NCBI GenBank assembly: GCA_040954595.2
Contig: CM082593.2
Coordinates: 3,861,434 to 3,925,433 of the forward strand
DNA length: 64,000 nt
Origin: Balanoglossus misakiensis
Taxonomy: Eukaryota; Animalia; Hemichordata
Reading direction: 5' to 3'
This document shows, in pieces, positions 1 through 13,800 of the stretch. The first letter of the stretch is position 1. Each line of letters opens with the position of its first letter. The translations under genes and the position numbers were made by a program. The notes below the pieces were generated by a model that worked only from the letters and a program-made list of their open reading frames with translations, did no database searches and was not told the DNA's origin.

Positions 1-3000
1 TCAGTAATGGTGTTGCAATCAACGTAACGGACATTTTTGTCTTAGAAAGGGCACGGGTTTCCAAACGTTAATCCCACCAGGCATTCATTCATTTCCCCCC
101 AAAACGTCATATCTGCAGGTAATCAGTAAAATATTGAAAATTCAATTTATAATATTACTCAGTTGTGTCTGTCAATTTGACGTGTTAACAAATGCTTCGT
201 CCATTTGAGACACACGACGCAAGGAATTTTGTGCACATTGTTTCAGCATTTATTTAACCACAAGAGAAAACTGAAGTCCATGTAATGTAAACTGCAAGAT
301 CATGTGGTTCAAAATGGTTGACTTTGTAATATGATGACAAGGGAAATACTGCACACCCGGTTGACTGTATTGCAAAGTAATTTGATGCCCTTTTTGTAGT
401 TTATTATATCAGAGAAGGCAGACTCTATAAACATTAGGCTGTTTAAGATGGCATAATCAAACCTGTGATAAGTTTGAAAACTATCCTGAGACTGATTTGT
501 ACAGTATGAGGTCAAACAGAGCAATATCGACAAGCGACTCAAGATCAAGTGCGTCACATTTGCTCATCAGTAAACAGTGAGTCTACCGCGACTAGATGTG
601 GAGTTTTTTTCCCCCAATAGCTACCGCATCTGAATGCATGGGTGATTTTCTTGTTCGTGCGTTTATTAATTCTCGTTTAGACATTGTGCATGAAATGAAG
701 TACATCCCACCAAATTTGATTAACATGAAACAAATTACACATTTCAAATTAAATGATGAAATAACAGTCTTACGTTCAACATGATGTAGGAATACCGGCA
801 TTGAAAGTCCAGTTTCAATCTACAGATAGTGCTCACTTATGTTCCCTTTTCGTAACGAATAAGCAAGTCTTTAATCAACTCACTTCGTATCTTCATCGCC
901 CGGGGAAGAAAAACCGCAAAAGCCCTCCTGCTTGAATTGCTTGGGATCTTGTAGGATTTCCCAGTGGATTAAACATTTTACAGTCATCACAATATAGACC
1001 AATCATTATATTAGACTAATACGACGTGAGTTGATTTGTGCGGGACTATTATCTCTGTATCACGATGCGCTTCATGTTAGTGCAGGAATATTGCGTTTGT
1101 CAAGATGATATTTGGCAGAATTTCAACAGCATCTGGCAGATGAAAACATGCTTCTTATCAAACTGCGGTGATGCTCTGTAAATGATCTGAGATATCCAGC
1201 GATTCATTCTGATTGGTAGAATCAGCGATTGCTTGTTGAAGGATGAAGGCTGGCATATCTGTACTGCACATACATTCTGAGATCACTTTTCGTTGATTTG
1301 GAAAATCCCAAGAGAAGACAAATCCAATGAGAAAGTTGGACAGCTCCCACAGAACACATAACAAGTTCATGACAGTTCAACGACAGTAGCAAAGAGTTGC
1401 CACTGATTTACCATATTAAAGTGCACATATTTTCCCCAGTGTAATATACTCAGAAATATGCTCATAGAAAATGACAGTCTCTGAGTTGGTTGACATTCAC
1501 TTTGCAGTCAAATAGATGGCATGTAGTAGCCAAAAATGGTACCATTTAGAAATGTCATTGTTAATCTACCAAATATAGTACTATTTCTAGTAATATTGCT
1601 TACTCTGTCCAAATGTACTTTTTATCCAAACTATTAATTTGCCTAATTGAAGGAGTTTCAAAACGAATCACAGAACATGTCAGAAAAATAGTTGAGAGGT
1701 TTGTTGTCAAAAGTCCGAAATACATTTCCACACTGCATTAGATTGAGTTTGATTGACTTCGTTCATCACGAATCTGAATTTTCATAGCAGGTAGGGGTTT
1801 CTGAAGGCCTGCACACTTACATCCAATCACAGTAGCTTTCTTTGCGGCATTTTCTCCATAAGGGAGCTGTCTTACGTATGTGTGCGCCATAAGGGAGATT
1901 AAATAAAGGTCGTTTCACTGCAGGAAACTTCAAAACCCATTAATACGAAAGCGAAGGATGGGATATAGAGTATTTATCGTATACATGTTTATAGGGAATG
2001 TCTCTCAAATGTGCAAGGCGATAAAAGACATCTATCATGCAAAATTACCCAAGAAGTTATACCGGTAGTTCCGTCAGCTAAAACGAGCATTACCTAAACA
2101 GCGTATCTGAAATTACTAAAATGATATCCTGCTAAAGCAATTTTACTTAATGTTGTTTCACAAGATTTAGACTGAGAAAAACATCACCATAGCTGGCTTA
2201 GTTGCAATTTTACATCAGGGTAATTGCGACAAAATAACGAGATGCTGGAATTGCTTTGTCTCTGGGTCTGCCAAACAACGCTAATGCCGCATGCAGCTGG
2301 CTGTCTAAGAAAGGTGTTTTTCTGATATAAACGGTTTGCAAACAAACTCGTTAAGGTGAATTTTAGTATGTATTTTAAACTCCCTCACTGTGCCATACAA
2401 GCAAATGACCAATGTACCATGACCTAATAGTGAAAGAAGTTGGAGCATTTGCTCATACGTGTTTGACTATGTATTTACTGGGATATTAATGTTGGCTGAC
2501 TTGTTCATATTGAACACAGCGAGATTAATATACCCGCTCTAAGGGGCTCACAGATCCAAGCATGGGGAGGACTTCTTAAGTATGGGGATTTTTTCAACCT
2601 TGTCAATTATCTAAAAGGAAGAAAAAAAAAGCTTCTCCAGAGAGACTTGAAATTAGTTCTCTTTACTGTTAAAAGACTGTATTGGGAATACTTCTAATTG
2701 TGTTGGCCGCCATGGTTACATTTATGCCAAGGTACTTTCAGGTCTTCGGTTGTGTTTATCATGCTATGTCTATACATGTGCATGTATGTACACATACAAT
2801 TATTAAATGTATTCCAAGGGACGGTACGTACAGTGTAACTAACGCATTCATAACTGGGACAGCCTGTGCTTTGTGTGCACATCTGTAATTGAATGAGGTA
2901 ATATGTATGCAAAAATGGGTTTCTGTATTGCTGCATTATTTTGCATTGAATTTAAAAATCTCGCCACATTCGCTACCATCTGAAACATATTATGTGCAAA

Positions 3001-6000
3001 ACTGGACATGCATAATTATTGATCACTTCAGAAATGTCAGACTTTGTTGGAAAATATGAATGTTATGTCAATTTGAAGAGGTGAAGCAGATATTTGTATC
3101 ATATTGTAGCTGAATTGAATACGATGTACATGAATAGTATGAATACATTATTATCTGAATCACTAATGACCACCGGGTGGAAATTCTTATGTCACACATT
3201 GAATACAGTATGCAGCAAATATGGCACGCCACTATGATAAAAAAGGTTTCTGTCACACTGTGAATAGCATCATTTCGCGCTGATTCAATTCACGTGTATA
3301 AAAACAACTCAGATTAGCCTGCTAGGACCTATTGATTGAGTATTTCACATAAACTGAACAGTGTAGGATATATTGCATACATGTTATTATTCAGTCTATG
3401 CACGTCCTGTGGTCTGTAATCCATGCCTTTGTTTGAGAGCTGTACCTCTGACGTCGACTCTAGTGCTGTAATGCATATAAATAGTTTTTTTGCTTTTCCA
3501 TGAAATTCATAATTCCCCTATCTCGTGGCACAGTCACTGTATCCAGAGCAATGACCAAGAGTTTCAATGTGCACCTGTTTTTGTGTGCCTCACTGAGATT
3601 TACAATGTAAGTGACTGTGTTCTTTTGTATCATAGTTTAATCCAATGTTTGTAGTATTTAATTTATCGAAGGGTTTGGCTTCAGTGGGATCGGCTGTTCT
3701 AAGGATAACCTGATCCGTGATGCCCAATCAGTCATCCCTTTCCACGTATTCACTTTCATCTAGTTCCAATGAATTGGGTTGTTGTTCAACCGCGCTTGCT
3801 CTTTTGGTTGATCATTTTATTGGACTACTAAGAAGGCGCCGCAACACAAGAGTAGCATTCAGTTGCTGGCCCTTTCAAACATTTTATGATTTTTCTATAT
3901 TGCATATTGATTCTAGGTTCAAATTCATTTGCCAATTTTGACACATGTCAGTATCGATGATTCATCTTCATCCTTGCCAACTTTGTCAGAAAAGTTTTAA
4001 AAGCCAGAGTCACGAGGTCCACTCATTACATCAAATCACTGAAGTCATACCCTACATCCATTTGACAACCATCAATTAAAGTGTTCATTTCAAGCACTCT
4101 AGAAAAACATATAGTCATTTAGCATATTAACTAAAATGGCCGGTGTAAGTGGTTTTCCTGGGGACACAGGTGCACATGTATATAGGTACCCCAACATTGT
4201 ACAGTCTCCGCACGTAGAATGCAAACTGACTTGTTTTTTCGACTGGAATGTTACATAATATTCTCCTTTACGGTCGAGTTGATGCGGTATCCCAGCTATG
4301 TCCGTTCTTGTAGTTTTCAAATAAGGACACAATTACCGCTTTCGATGGAAAGTAATCACGGCGAAAGTGGTTGTTGATCTTCGCAAATACACGCCCCATT
4401 GAACAGATGAAGAAAAACCACAGCGATTATGCACCTCCGATTTTTATTTGAGTTTACATCAGGCGGCTTCCATGGCAACGAGCCGAACAATTTTCTCCGG
4501 TCTGTAAAATTTCCTGGGTGTCCAGATCGAGGCACTGATTTGTGTTGTTTAGAAGAGGAAGAGCAGAATTGACGCGCGTCGATTTTGCATAACGATAAGA
4601 TTAAACCCAACGTCTCGCATACCTACGTGAAATCAGTCAGTCTATCACTGAAAACAATATTCCAGTTTGTACGCCAGCTGCTCTCTTCATACAGAACAAT
4701 AATGAATGATTGCGACCGATATTGAGTTTATTTGAACCATTGACCCTGTCCTAACACGCGGTGTTTACGCACGTAGCTTACTGTGCTTGTTATTTATGGC
4801 CGCTCTTTTAACCACGGCGACCGAATCTCTCCGGTAAAAGTTGTCATAGGATGAGAAATGACTTCACTGGATTTCGTGTCCCCATTCCTGGTGATAGGCA
4901 ATCATTCAATCGCTGAGGGTCAGCGTGTGAACATTCGGTTGAATATAAATTTCTGCTAGTGATTCTATAGTGGAAAAGAACCCATGACACATGTAGCAGC
5001 ATTAGGTTTCAAAGGCCAGGTGTGTGTGCAGCAAGAGTCAACACACACAGAACAGAGAAGTTTGAAAGTGGAACGTTTGATAAAATAATCTGCTCTGTGC
5101 ATTTAGGGATTACTGGTATTGATTATGCCAATACTCAATCACACATGGCTAAAATTCTACTTAAGTAAGCTTTTAAGTATGCAGAGGCCTCAGTTGTTCT
5201 TTTAATAATAAGATTCCCGTCGTTACCAGGTAATCCGGGAAAACAGAATGTATCCATGAATTCCTAGTGGAACAGGCCTAAGCAAAGCCCGAGCACTTTC
5301 GGAAGTAAGTTCACAACTAGCATGCGACGTTATCAGTCCATTGATTCACAAGCATCTCAAACTTTCTCGTTTCGGCACCAGCCGTGTTTGGTTGTCGGCG
5401 TGTACACCCATGTGGTTGCTACGGATATCACACTGTGATGTATTCAATTGGCAACATCTATTCTGTTTGACGAAGCGTGTGTTGGCTGACCTCAGCATTC
5501 CACACGACCGGATGAAAACCAGCTACACGGCTGCCTTTGACGCGACCGAGCAAAAGTGCCTGAAACTCCATCACAAGATTCTCTAATTGCTGTCTTGGTG
5601 CTGACATCTCCACTCTGAACCCTTTTAACAACCTTTTATAATGATAACTCATCTTAGAGTGTATATTTTATAGTATTTCAACCGTGATTAAGATTGCCAC
5701 TATAGATGAATGGGTAATAAAACCAGGTAGAAAAGTGCATTTTGATTTCAAAGCTGTGCAGGATGAAATTCCAGATCTCAAAAGAAGCGCGTACATCATA
5801 CTTAAATTGAAACTCTCTTTACAACAATGTTAGCAGCTGTGTTCAATTAGCCGTTTTTTATTTATATACCAAACAGGTCCATAAACTGGTCAACGAAATA
5901 TAAGATATAACCTTTCACACAGATGAAAAGCAAACAGACATACACATACACAAGCATGTTGATTACATTCACTAATTATAAAACAGTAACACATTGTTTA

Positions 6001-8650
6001 AATTTTCTGGTGGGGTTGTTTGGTTCCATGGGCTGCGAGGTAAAGTCTGAGCCAAATGCATTGTTTGCTACCAACTATCATGCTGAGAAGCTCCACTATT
6101 TTTCTCACCAGTTGTCATGGCAATACTGAGTTACCATGTTATTATGTTATACAGGTGACGCAGTGTTGCCATGCCAATTAAGCACATAATTTAAGAACCG
6201 CAATTTCGTAAACTCAATTATGTTCACAATTGTTCCGCTGTGAATGTATTTGAAACTAAGCGTTTCTTAACGATGCAAAATGTGTCACTTGCCATGGCAA
6301 AGACTGATTAACCGAGCAACGACTCTATTTGTGTTTAAAATGGCAACCCCCTATAAGATGTTCAAATAAGCAAAAATAAAGGAAAGTTTTCACGGATGAT
6401 TGGTAGGCTTAGAACTCGACGACCTAGAAAATTCGGTATCGATGCTATCATTTTGAATTTCCAAGGTTTATTACATTATTACCCAGCATGCCCTGCTGCG
6501 TCATACTGTTGGTCTACATAACAGCATGTCTGGTGTGCCAAAGCCTCAGAACATGTTCGCTGTAAATACATGTACTTCATATGTACTGGTGTCATCGTGA
6601 CGAGCTTCGCATACGCATATCAAGGAAAAGATGTGACCCATCACATTTCACAAGACTTGAGGAAAGAAGGTATTTATTTCTCTTTATGTAGTGTTCATCA
6701 CATACTGTGAAAGAAGAGGATGGCCATTTAATAGGTTGTCCGAATGAGGCGGATAGCAGGAAAAAACCAGCAAGCACAATTTTGCAAGTTGAGAGTGGCT
6801 ATCCTACAGAATGCACTTTACACCTTTTGGTCTATTCGGCTATCTCAGTATTACTTTTAAGCCATCTCCGTGCAACGAGAATGGAGAGTGAAACCAAAAT
6901 GCGATTCAGGGACAAGTCCACAGATATTTCTGATGAAGATTAGAGGTAATATTGCACTAGAATTGATACCAAAGTTTGGACTTCCATGACGTCCGCGAAT
7001 TAAGGTATTTCACCTAACGTCTTCATGTTGAATTCATACAGTGGCGGTCTTGATTAGGTGCTCTTAGGAGACAGGTTAGAAAGAAGTTTAAGAATCGCAT
7101 GTGATACAATCTGGATTCTTCTTTTGGTGAAATTAAGTACCGGTATATGACTGTAAACTGATTTAACTAACTGTTCATATGAAGGGGCAGTGGGATGTCG
7201 CTTCAACTAGGTCAAACACGCTCAACCTGTTGACATAAATTTGTTTTATTTGCAGTATAAATGTTGAGTGACAACGTCCGCATGTTTTTGTGCTTTGTAA
7301 GACGATATTCTCATCGGTTCACGGACTATACCGTGTAAATATTTATCTCATACAAGACTACCCCAGAGGAAATCCTCGCGCTTGTTCGTCACACTATTTA
7401 TTTGGTCGGCAGAAGATCTGAGAAGCAAAGGCGATCCACAACTTCGCCAATTAACGCAGTAATTCGAGTCTTGGTCTTTTTTGTACGAAAAGCGTACAAC
7501 CTTCGAATGTAACGACTACTCTAAAACAATTAGTATACTTTGCTGAAGGGTAAATGGAAACATGGCCTGATATTTTGATCTGAGTGGTACACCGCACGAA
7601 CCTTTTGGATTAAAGCGTCTTCTTGTCTAGAATTTCTCACTAATGGAAAATGGAAATACACAAGATAGTGAGCTCTTTATAGCTGATTTTTCAAAAATTA
7701 CCTCACGCATGATATAATGTTTGGAACTGCTGATGGAAATATTGTCAACGGCTTCCATTATCGTGCAAGTCCTCCCCAAGGTGCTTTGAACGTTTAGTAA
7801 GTAGTAGTAAAGTTTGCAGTAAAACCATATGGGCACGTATACAGAACTCCTCGCTGATGCTCTCTCATCTCATGTGCACAAAGGAAGTTAGAAACATCAT
7901 TTTTTGCATTACTGTCGTCAAAATATCGCTTGCGTGGATAAGGTCACACAACGCTTTCAAGTATCCATGGTTACCTTCGTAAAGACATCAAATTGCAGAA
8001 AAGCATTGGTTGAATTTCAAATATACACTATGGACCGACTTTTCCCGTTTTTGTTAGGCTCTCTTTAATCTGTCACCCTTCAAATATACGACAAAAATTT
8101 GAATTCGCTACGACTCTACTGGTTACGACTTCTTGAATGTCGGGGGTTGCTTTAAAGCAGCTTTCACTGTTAATGATCAAATTCGCTGATGAGATTGGCC
8201 AGTTTTACGAGTGAAGATCAGACAGTCTCTCTGCATGTCGCCTTAAAATGTTGCAGTTAGTCTGAAGAAATAGTAAAAGTTGAACAATATTGAAGGTCCC
8301 CGGTGTTTCTGTTGACATTGCATCATCAATGTTGATCACCTCCCGGACGCAAGTGTCTGGTACCTTGGAGTGTATACTAATTGGGCAAAGACCGAACCAG
8401 CAGTGTCTAAATATCCAACCCATGAGACAAAATGTGTGTGAGTTTCACTGTGCGTTCTGAGATTAAACTCAAGATGAAAAGTCATTCTTTTTCAGGTGAA
8501 CCTGAAGATCAAATATACCTGTCCAGTAATTTGATTTATTTCACGTGGGTGTTTGAGACTGCATTTAAATGGGGATCAGGAAAAATCAAAAGTCAGACCC
8601 ATTTGTCACTCGTGGATACACCAGCTTGTAATGTTAGTAATCTGTAATTA

Positions 8651-8701
8651 AGAGAGAGAACGAAGGGGGAGGGGGAGGGAGAGAGGGGAAAGGGAGAGAG
8701 A
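8651..8701. repeat. Purine-rich (GA/GGGA) low-complexity tract
   Basis: agagagagaacgaaggggga gggggaggga gagaggggaa agggagagag. Confidence 0.75.
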
Positions 8702-10847
8702 TTATTGATTTATTAGTATCCTTATCAAGATACAGCTGCATCATTTACAAGAGTGTCTCAAACCTACAAAATATATATGGCAGGGAATCAAGTTTTTATA
8801 GCTTGAGGTTTCTAGTAACGGAAGAAATATTTCCCTTACAGTGATAACGGCATTTGTCATAATAAACATCGACATAAGTCTGTCTTATGAGAGTCAGCAT
8901 TTTCATGTGTGCCAGTGTTTTAAATTAACATCTAAACCATGATATAGGTCACTCTGTATATGAACGATATTATGAAAATAAATCTCCATAAATCAAAAGC
9001 CTTTCTCATACATGTAGGCATACTGACCTGTCGTAATGCAGAAGTAATGCAAAAAGGAAACACTGTCACGTTTCTTTCGACAATGTGGCAACAGTATGCT
9101 ACAATGTAGTTTCAATGTACTCTGTTTTGGGAAGGCGCAGTCATAATTGTATTTAGGTGATCCATGTCATTAGTATTGCACACCACCTCGATTCATCAAC
9201 GGGTGAAAGTGAATGATGTCTTTTTAAGACATGTGGGAGATTGAAAAACCTGCTTAGTATAGAGGGACAATAATTCAAGGAGACCATCTCAGATTCTGGG
9301 TATACATTCAGAGTCAAGAATCAAGTGACATGTTCCCACTGTGATAGGAAGTGCTCTACTTTGCACTACAATTGGAAAAATCTGCACCAGAATTGAGCCG
9401 AGGCAAACATCCTTTATCCTTGAGCGGCTGCTCTTTATATAACAAATACTTGAAATATTTCAGACCACATTTGTTATGAAAGATGAAATTTCATCTAGAT
9501 TGATTGATTTGTTGATAGAATGTTTGCTTGCATGCTAGAAAGACTTGAGATTTGAGTCCAGCAAACATGAAATGTGGGTGCAGTGTCGACATGTACTCAC
9601 ACCAGGTAATTGGATTTGCCCAAGGCTTGTCTGACCACTCTTCCTTGACTTTGACGCACACATTAGAGTTATCACGGTTTAATTAACCAAACAAGTCAAG
9701 TGTGAAGAAAACTGATGTTAGGGTTAATGAGGTTTTGCTCCAGCGTAAATGCAGCAATAAGGCAAATGCCCTGCAGCAGGATGTTGAAAAGGAAAACTTC
9801 TAGGACTTGACAGAAATGTCTTGTTCACCAAGAACATTGTCCTGCTTCCAAAACTTACTTCACAATGTTAGCACAATTGTCATGAGGACTGTCTGCTACC
9901 ATGGCAACTTCCCCGCGATTGATACATAAAGCAGGCACTTGCCATCAGTGTGTTCCACTTTGAGGTCATTGTGGTTTGACTTCATAATGACACTGCCAGA
10001 GTACTTGAAAGTATGGTAAGTATTCCGAACATTTCCTTTATGACGGGCGCTTGAAGATCAGACTAGCATAGACCCCTATGCCGCTGGGGAAAAGACCGAT
10101 TTAATGAGAAAAATGTGGACACAGCGAGAGAAGAGCAAAACAAACATATAAAAAGGCCAAGTTCTCCACAAAGATTGGCACAGCCTTCCCAGCTGTTTCA
10201 GTGCATACATGATTACAACATTGTAGGTCGTTGGTTGACAGACTCTGAATAAAAAAACTATATCAATTTGATGCATATGTACATGCATGTGCATGTACCG
10301 GTACCTCAGGTCCTTGCAAAATTAGGTACATGCATCTGAATCACCATTTTGTCAGGTGAACCTTGCAATGTCAAAGCAATTTTCAACTGCAGGATTACGC
10401 TTTTGCATTTTATGTCCTAATAAATTGTTGGAGATCCTAGCCTCACAGACACAGAAATAAGCAAAGCCCAAGACCATAAAACTGTTTATAATCGCTATTG
10501 CATTACCGTATGCGATGTTTAACGACTGTGTCGTGCAAGACGTCTTGGTACGTGTACATAATAACTAGCTCGAACGCAATAAAACAAACGTTATACCATA
10601 TCAAACCATCTTAACATTGTAAAAGCTTCTTCTTGATATCCATACATAAAATTGTCCAATATGCTCTTAGCAACCCAAAGGAGCCAGTCTTCACATATGA
10701 CATTTTATTTGGTAATCTGGAAAAAATTGAAGTAGGGTGTGCCAAATTCCAAATCCAAATTCATTATACCAATGAGGTCTCACAACAAGTTTATTTTGTT
10801 ATGTATCCATCCCCTGCTTTCATTTTAGCCAGGGGATGAGTTGTAAC

Positions 10848-10865
10848 ATATATATATATATATAT
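10848..10865. repeat. (AT)n microsatellite
   Basis: atatatatatatatatat. Confidence 0.85.
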
Positions 10866-13800
10866 TGATTCCAGAGGTCACTAATTTAAAGATAGAAAAG
10901 ACAAGGAATATATTTCCTGAAGCGGAGAACAAACGCAATCAGGATTTGGAATCGAACATGCATGACCTTAATTTCTTGTGTGGCCTATCAATTACAAACA
11001 AAATTGTTCTGCTATAGGGAACCATTCCAAAGCCAGGTAGTCGATACAGGATATCGGAAAGAAGGTTCACCCAAGGCAAAAGGTTTAGCTACTTGAATGT
11101 TCTTTCTTATCCGGTTTCGTAGTAATGAATTTAAGTCAAACCTTTTGTACCCATTTAGCCGTTCTAGTTTTCATGATCATGACTAAGGGGATTTGTGTGT
11201 GGAGGAGAGCAGTGACATAAAGACAGCTACCATAGCAACATAATGGTACAGGAGACCCATCTTAATTCCCATCCTTTAAATACAGCTCATATGTCGTCTG
11301 TTGGCATTACAGAGTGATAAAGTACAATGTGTATGCACCTGCCCTTTATACATTGAAGTTCCACACTTCAGCTGAATACATGGCCTACCTATGGGTTGTC
11401 CACTGTGGCAATGTAATGCGGTCTAAGAGGGATTTGGATGGAAATACAGACTCAGAACCCGCAGGTTAATTTTCCCAACTGCACATTTCTCAATGTTCTG
11501 ACCTTTACTTCACATTCATGTATAGATGCTAATCTGTAGGACAACATGACAAATCATCGCCGCGGGACGCACACTATACTGTCGTACTTTTCAGACATCA
11601 TGAAAAACAAGATGTTGTCTTCATGCAAAAAACATGAAGCCACTCAACCTATACCCTCTGTTCAAGGAGGTCTCTCCTATGTCAGTTTAATACAGCCCAA
11701 TGGGGCAAGTGTAATTCAGTAAACTTATTAAGTATGCATCTTAATTATTCATAGCATACCTCTGTGAAACCCATGGAGGCAATAAACTTTTAAGTCGAGT
11801 ATACTGCAAAATTATATGACTCATTCATCGATTGTTACTCACATAATGAACTGGTTAACTTTTGTGACACCATAAAAAGAAAGCCAAGGTCCATATGTTC
11901 TGACTTGCACGAAATCAATTAAGCAGGTGAATCACATATTATCCAGTGCTGCGATCATTGCACTCAGTCTGAATACATTGCTTTTCCAACATTCACAAAA
12001 TGACCAATGTACATTTTAACACTTGACATAACTAAAGTTTGTGCAGTTTATGAAGTTTTTCTATCTTGTGTTGATCATAGCGATTGCAAGACAATATGCT
12101 CAATTAGTTCTGTTCCATTTCAAATCTGATGATTGTCATTCCAATGGGCATATACAGTAGTTGTCGCATGAGTTAAATTGAACTGTTTACATTCACGGCA
12201 ACAGACAAACTGCTATGTGCACGGTTGGACTCACTGTTTGAAGTGTAAACTATCCCATGCAGGACATTTAACACCAGAACATGCACGTGTCACCACACAT
12301 AAGTGAAGGCAGTGTTCGGCTGCAGAGTAGCTGTCAATGTATTGGTGGAACAGTGATTGTGACTGACAACTTGATAGAGGCACATTTTCATAAGGGCAGG
12401 TTCAGAAGGTGCTGTAAATGTTTTGGTGCTAATTGATTTGATACATTATTGCATATGTGCTCATGCTGGTACGGGTTCTCACGCAACATGCTGACTGTTC
12501 TACTACAAATAAAATATTTCAAAAATTTGATTGAACAAGCAATCACTCTTAGGTCTTTCATATAAGGACTGGCGGTACCACACAGCGAGTACTTGTTATT
12601 AACAAAATACCACTCATGGGAAAATTCATAAACACACAGCTTTCAACCCTTAAGGACAGTGTGGTATATGCCATAGCAAGAAATACCCTATGGAGTTTAA
12701 CCCCCATCAAAATGAAAAACTAGAGTGATGCAAAATCATCTCACATGATGTTTTTCAGTTGCAATATAAGTGATGTGCACGAAACGAATTAAGCATCACC
12801 TGAAGGGATTTGTATTCCTCCATATTCCATTTCATAAATGACCAAGAACGTGCACGCAGAAAATTTTCCATCTTACTTCTTCCTTGAGGCTGAAAACAAG
12901 CTCTCAGTTCTGTTTTGAACTTTGGTCCCACGTACGTCCCTGTTGGGAACAGATGTCTAACGAAAGCGCACGGGGAAAATGACGTCCTCAAGCGTTTCCG
13001 CTACCACAGGCTGGCAGGACAAACAAGTAAACAGAAAACACAGGGAAAGTACCCTACATGTACCGGTATACAGTAATTGATGGTTTGGATGAAACAAAGC
13101 CGACCATACTCAAAAACTGGTAAATGGTGGTTAGGTGTGTATCTACATTTCGGTACATGAAATGTCAAATTTTAAAGACATTGTGTTCATTGACAGCAGT
13201 GACCATTTCCCTCCTGTTTGTGTCCAACCCCTTATGCTGCCGTCAATATAACGAGATTCGTGATGTCGTGTACACTGCCTGGTTGTTTGTCAAAGTAACA
13301 ACAACAGAATACATTGAGGAAAAAACACAGGATGTTATTAAGATGTTGCCGCTGTTTATCACAAATTCAGATTTGTAAGGTGAACCCCTTAATATACAAC
13401 ATTGACGCCTAAACCCCCTTTACCTCTAGGCGTGGATTATGATTAAAGGCTTGCTTCCAATGAAAAAGATTAATTATTTATATTTAACATATTGCATGTT
13501 TTGAATTGGCCTCTCTCATGAGCCGTACAGTAACTTACATCCTGACAAATGGAAATGAATTTGGGTCGCATATATGAACCTGACATTAATGCACTCAATC
13601 TCATCATTGCTTGTAACCTTTTAGAAGTGATTTAGTGAAGGGACTAAATGTACATATATACTAATTTATGGCATGTGCCGTAAATAAGGACATTGAATAT
13701 CTGCATGATAAAACTGAGAGTAAATTCGGCATTGCTCATTGGAAACCTCCAATTTGAAATTAAAATGCCAAATTGAATGATGATACCACTCGACATTAGA

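Noticed and set aside
878-985. Minus-strand frame IHWEILQDPKQFKQEGF ending at a GTGAGT donor, vaguely like a P450 PERF region
   Set aside because: PERF residues not conserved, no acceptor and no companion exons; at most a non-coding exon of a gene outside the window.
6570-6710. Short ORF MYFICTGVIVTSFAYAYQGKD... resembling a signal peptide
   Set aside because: Only about 46 codons, weak splice context, no cleavage or amidation motifs; not distinguishable from chance.
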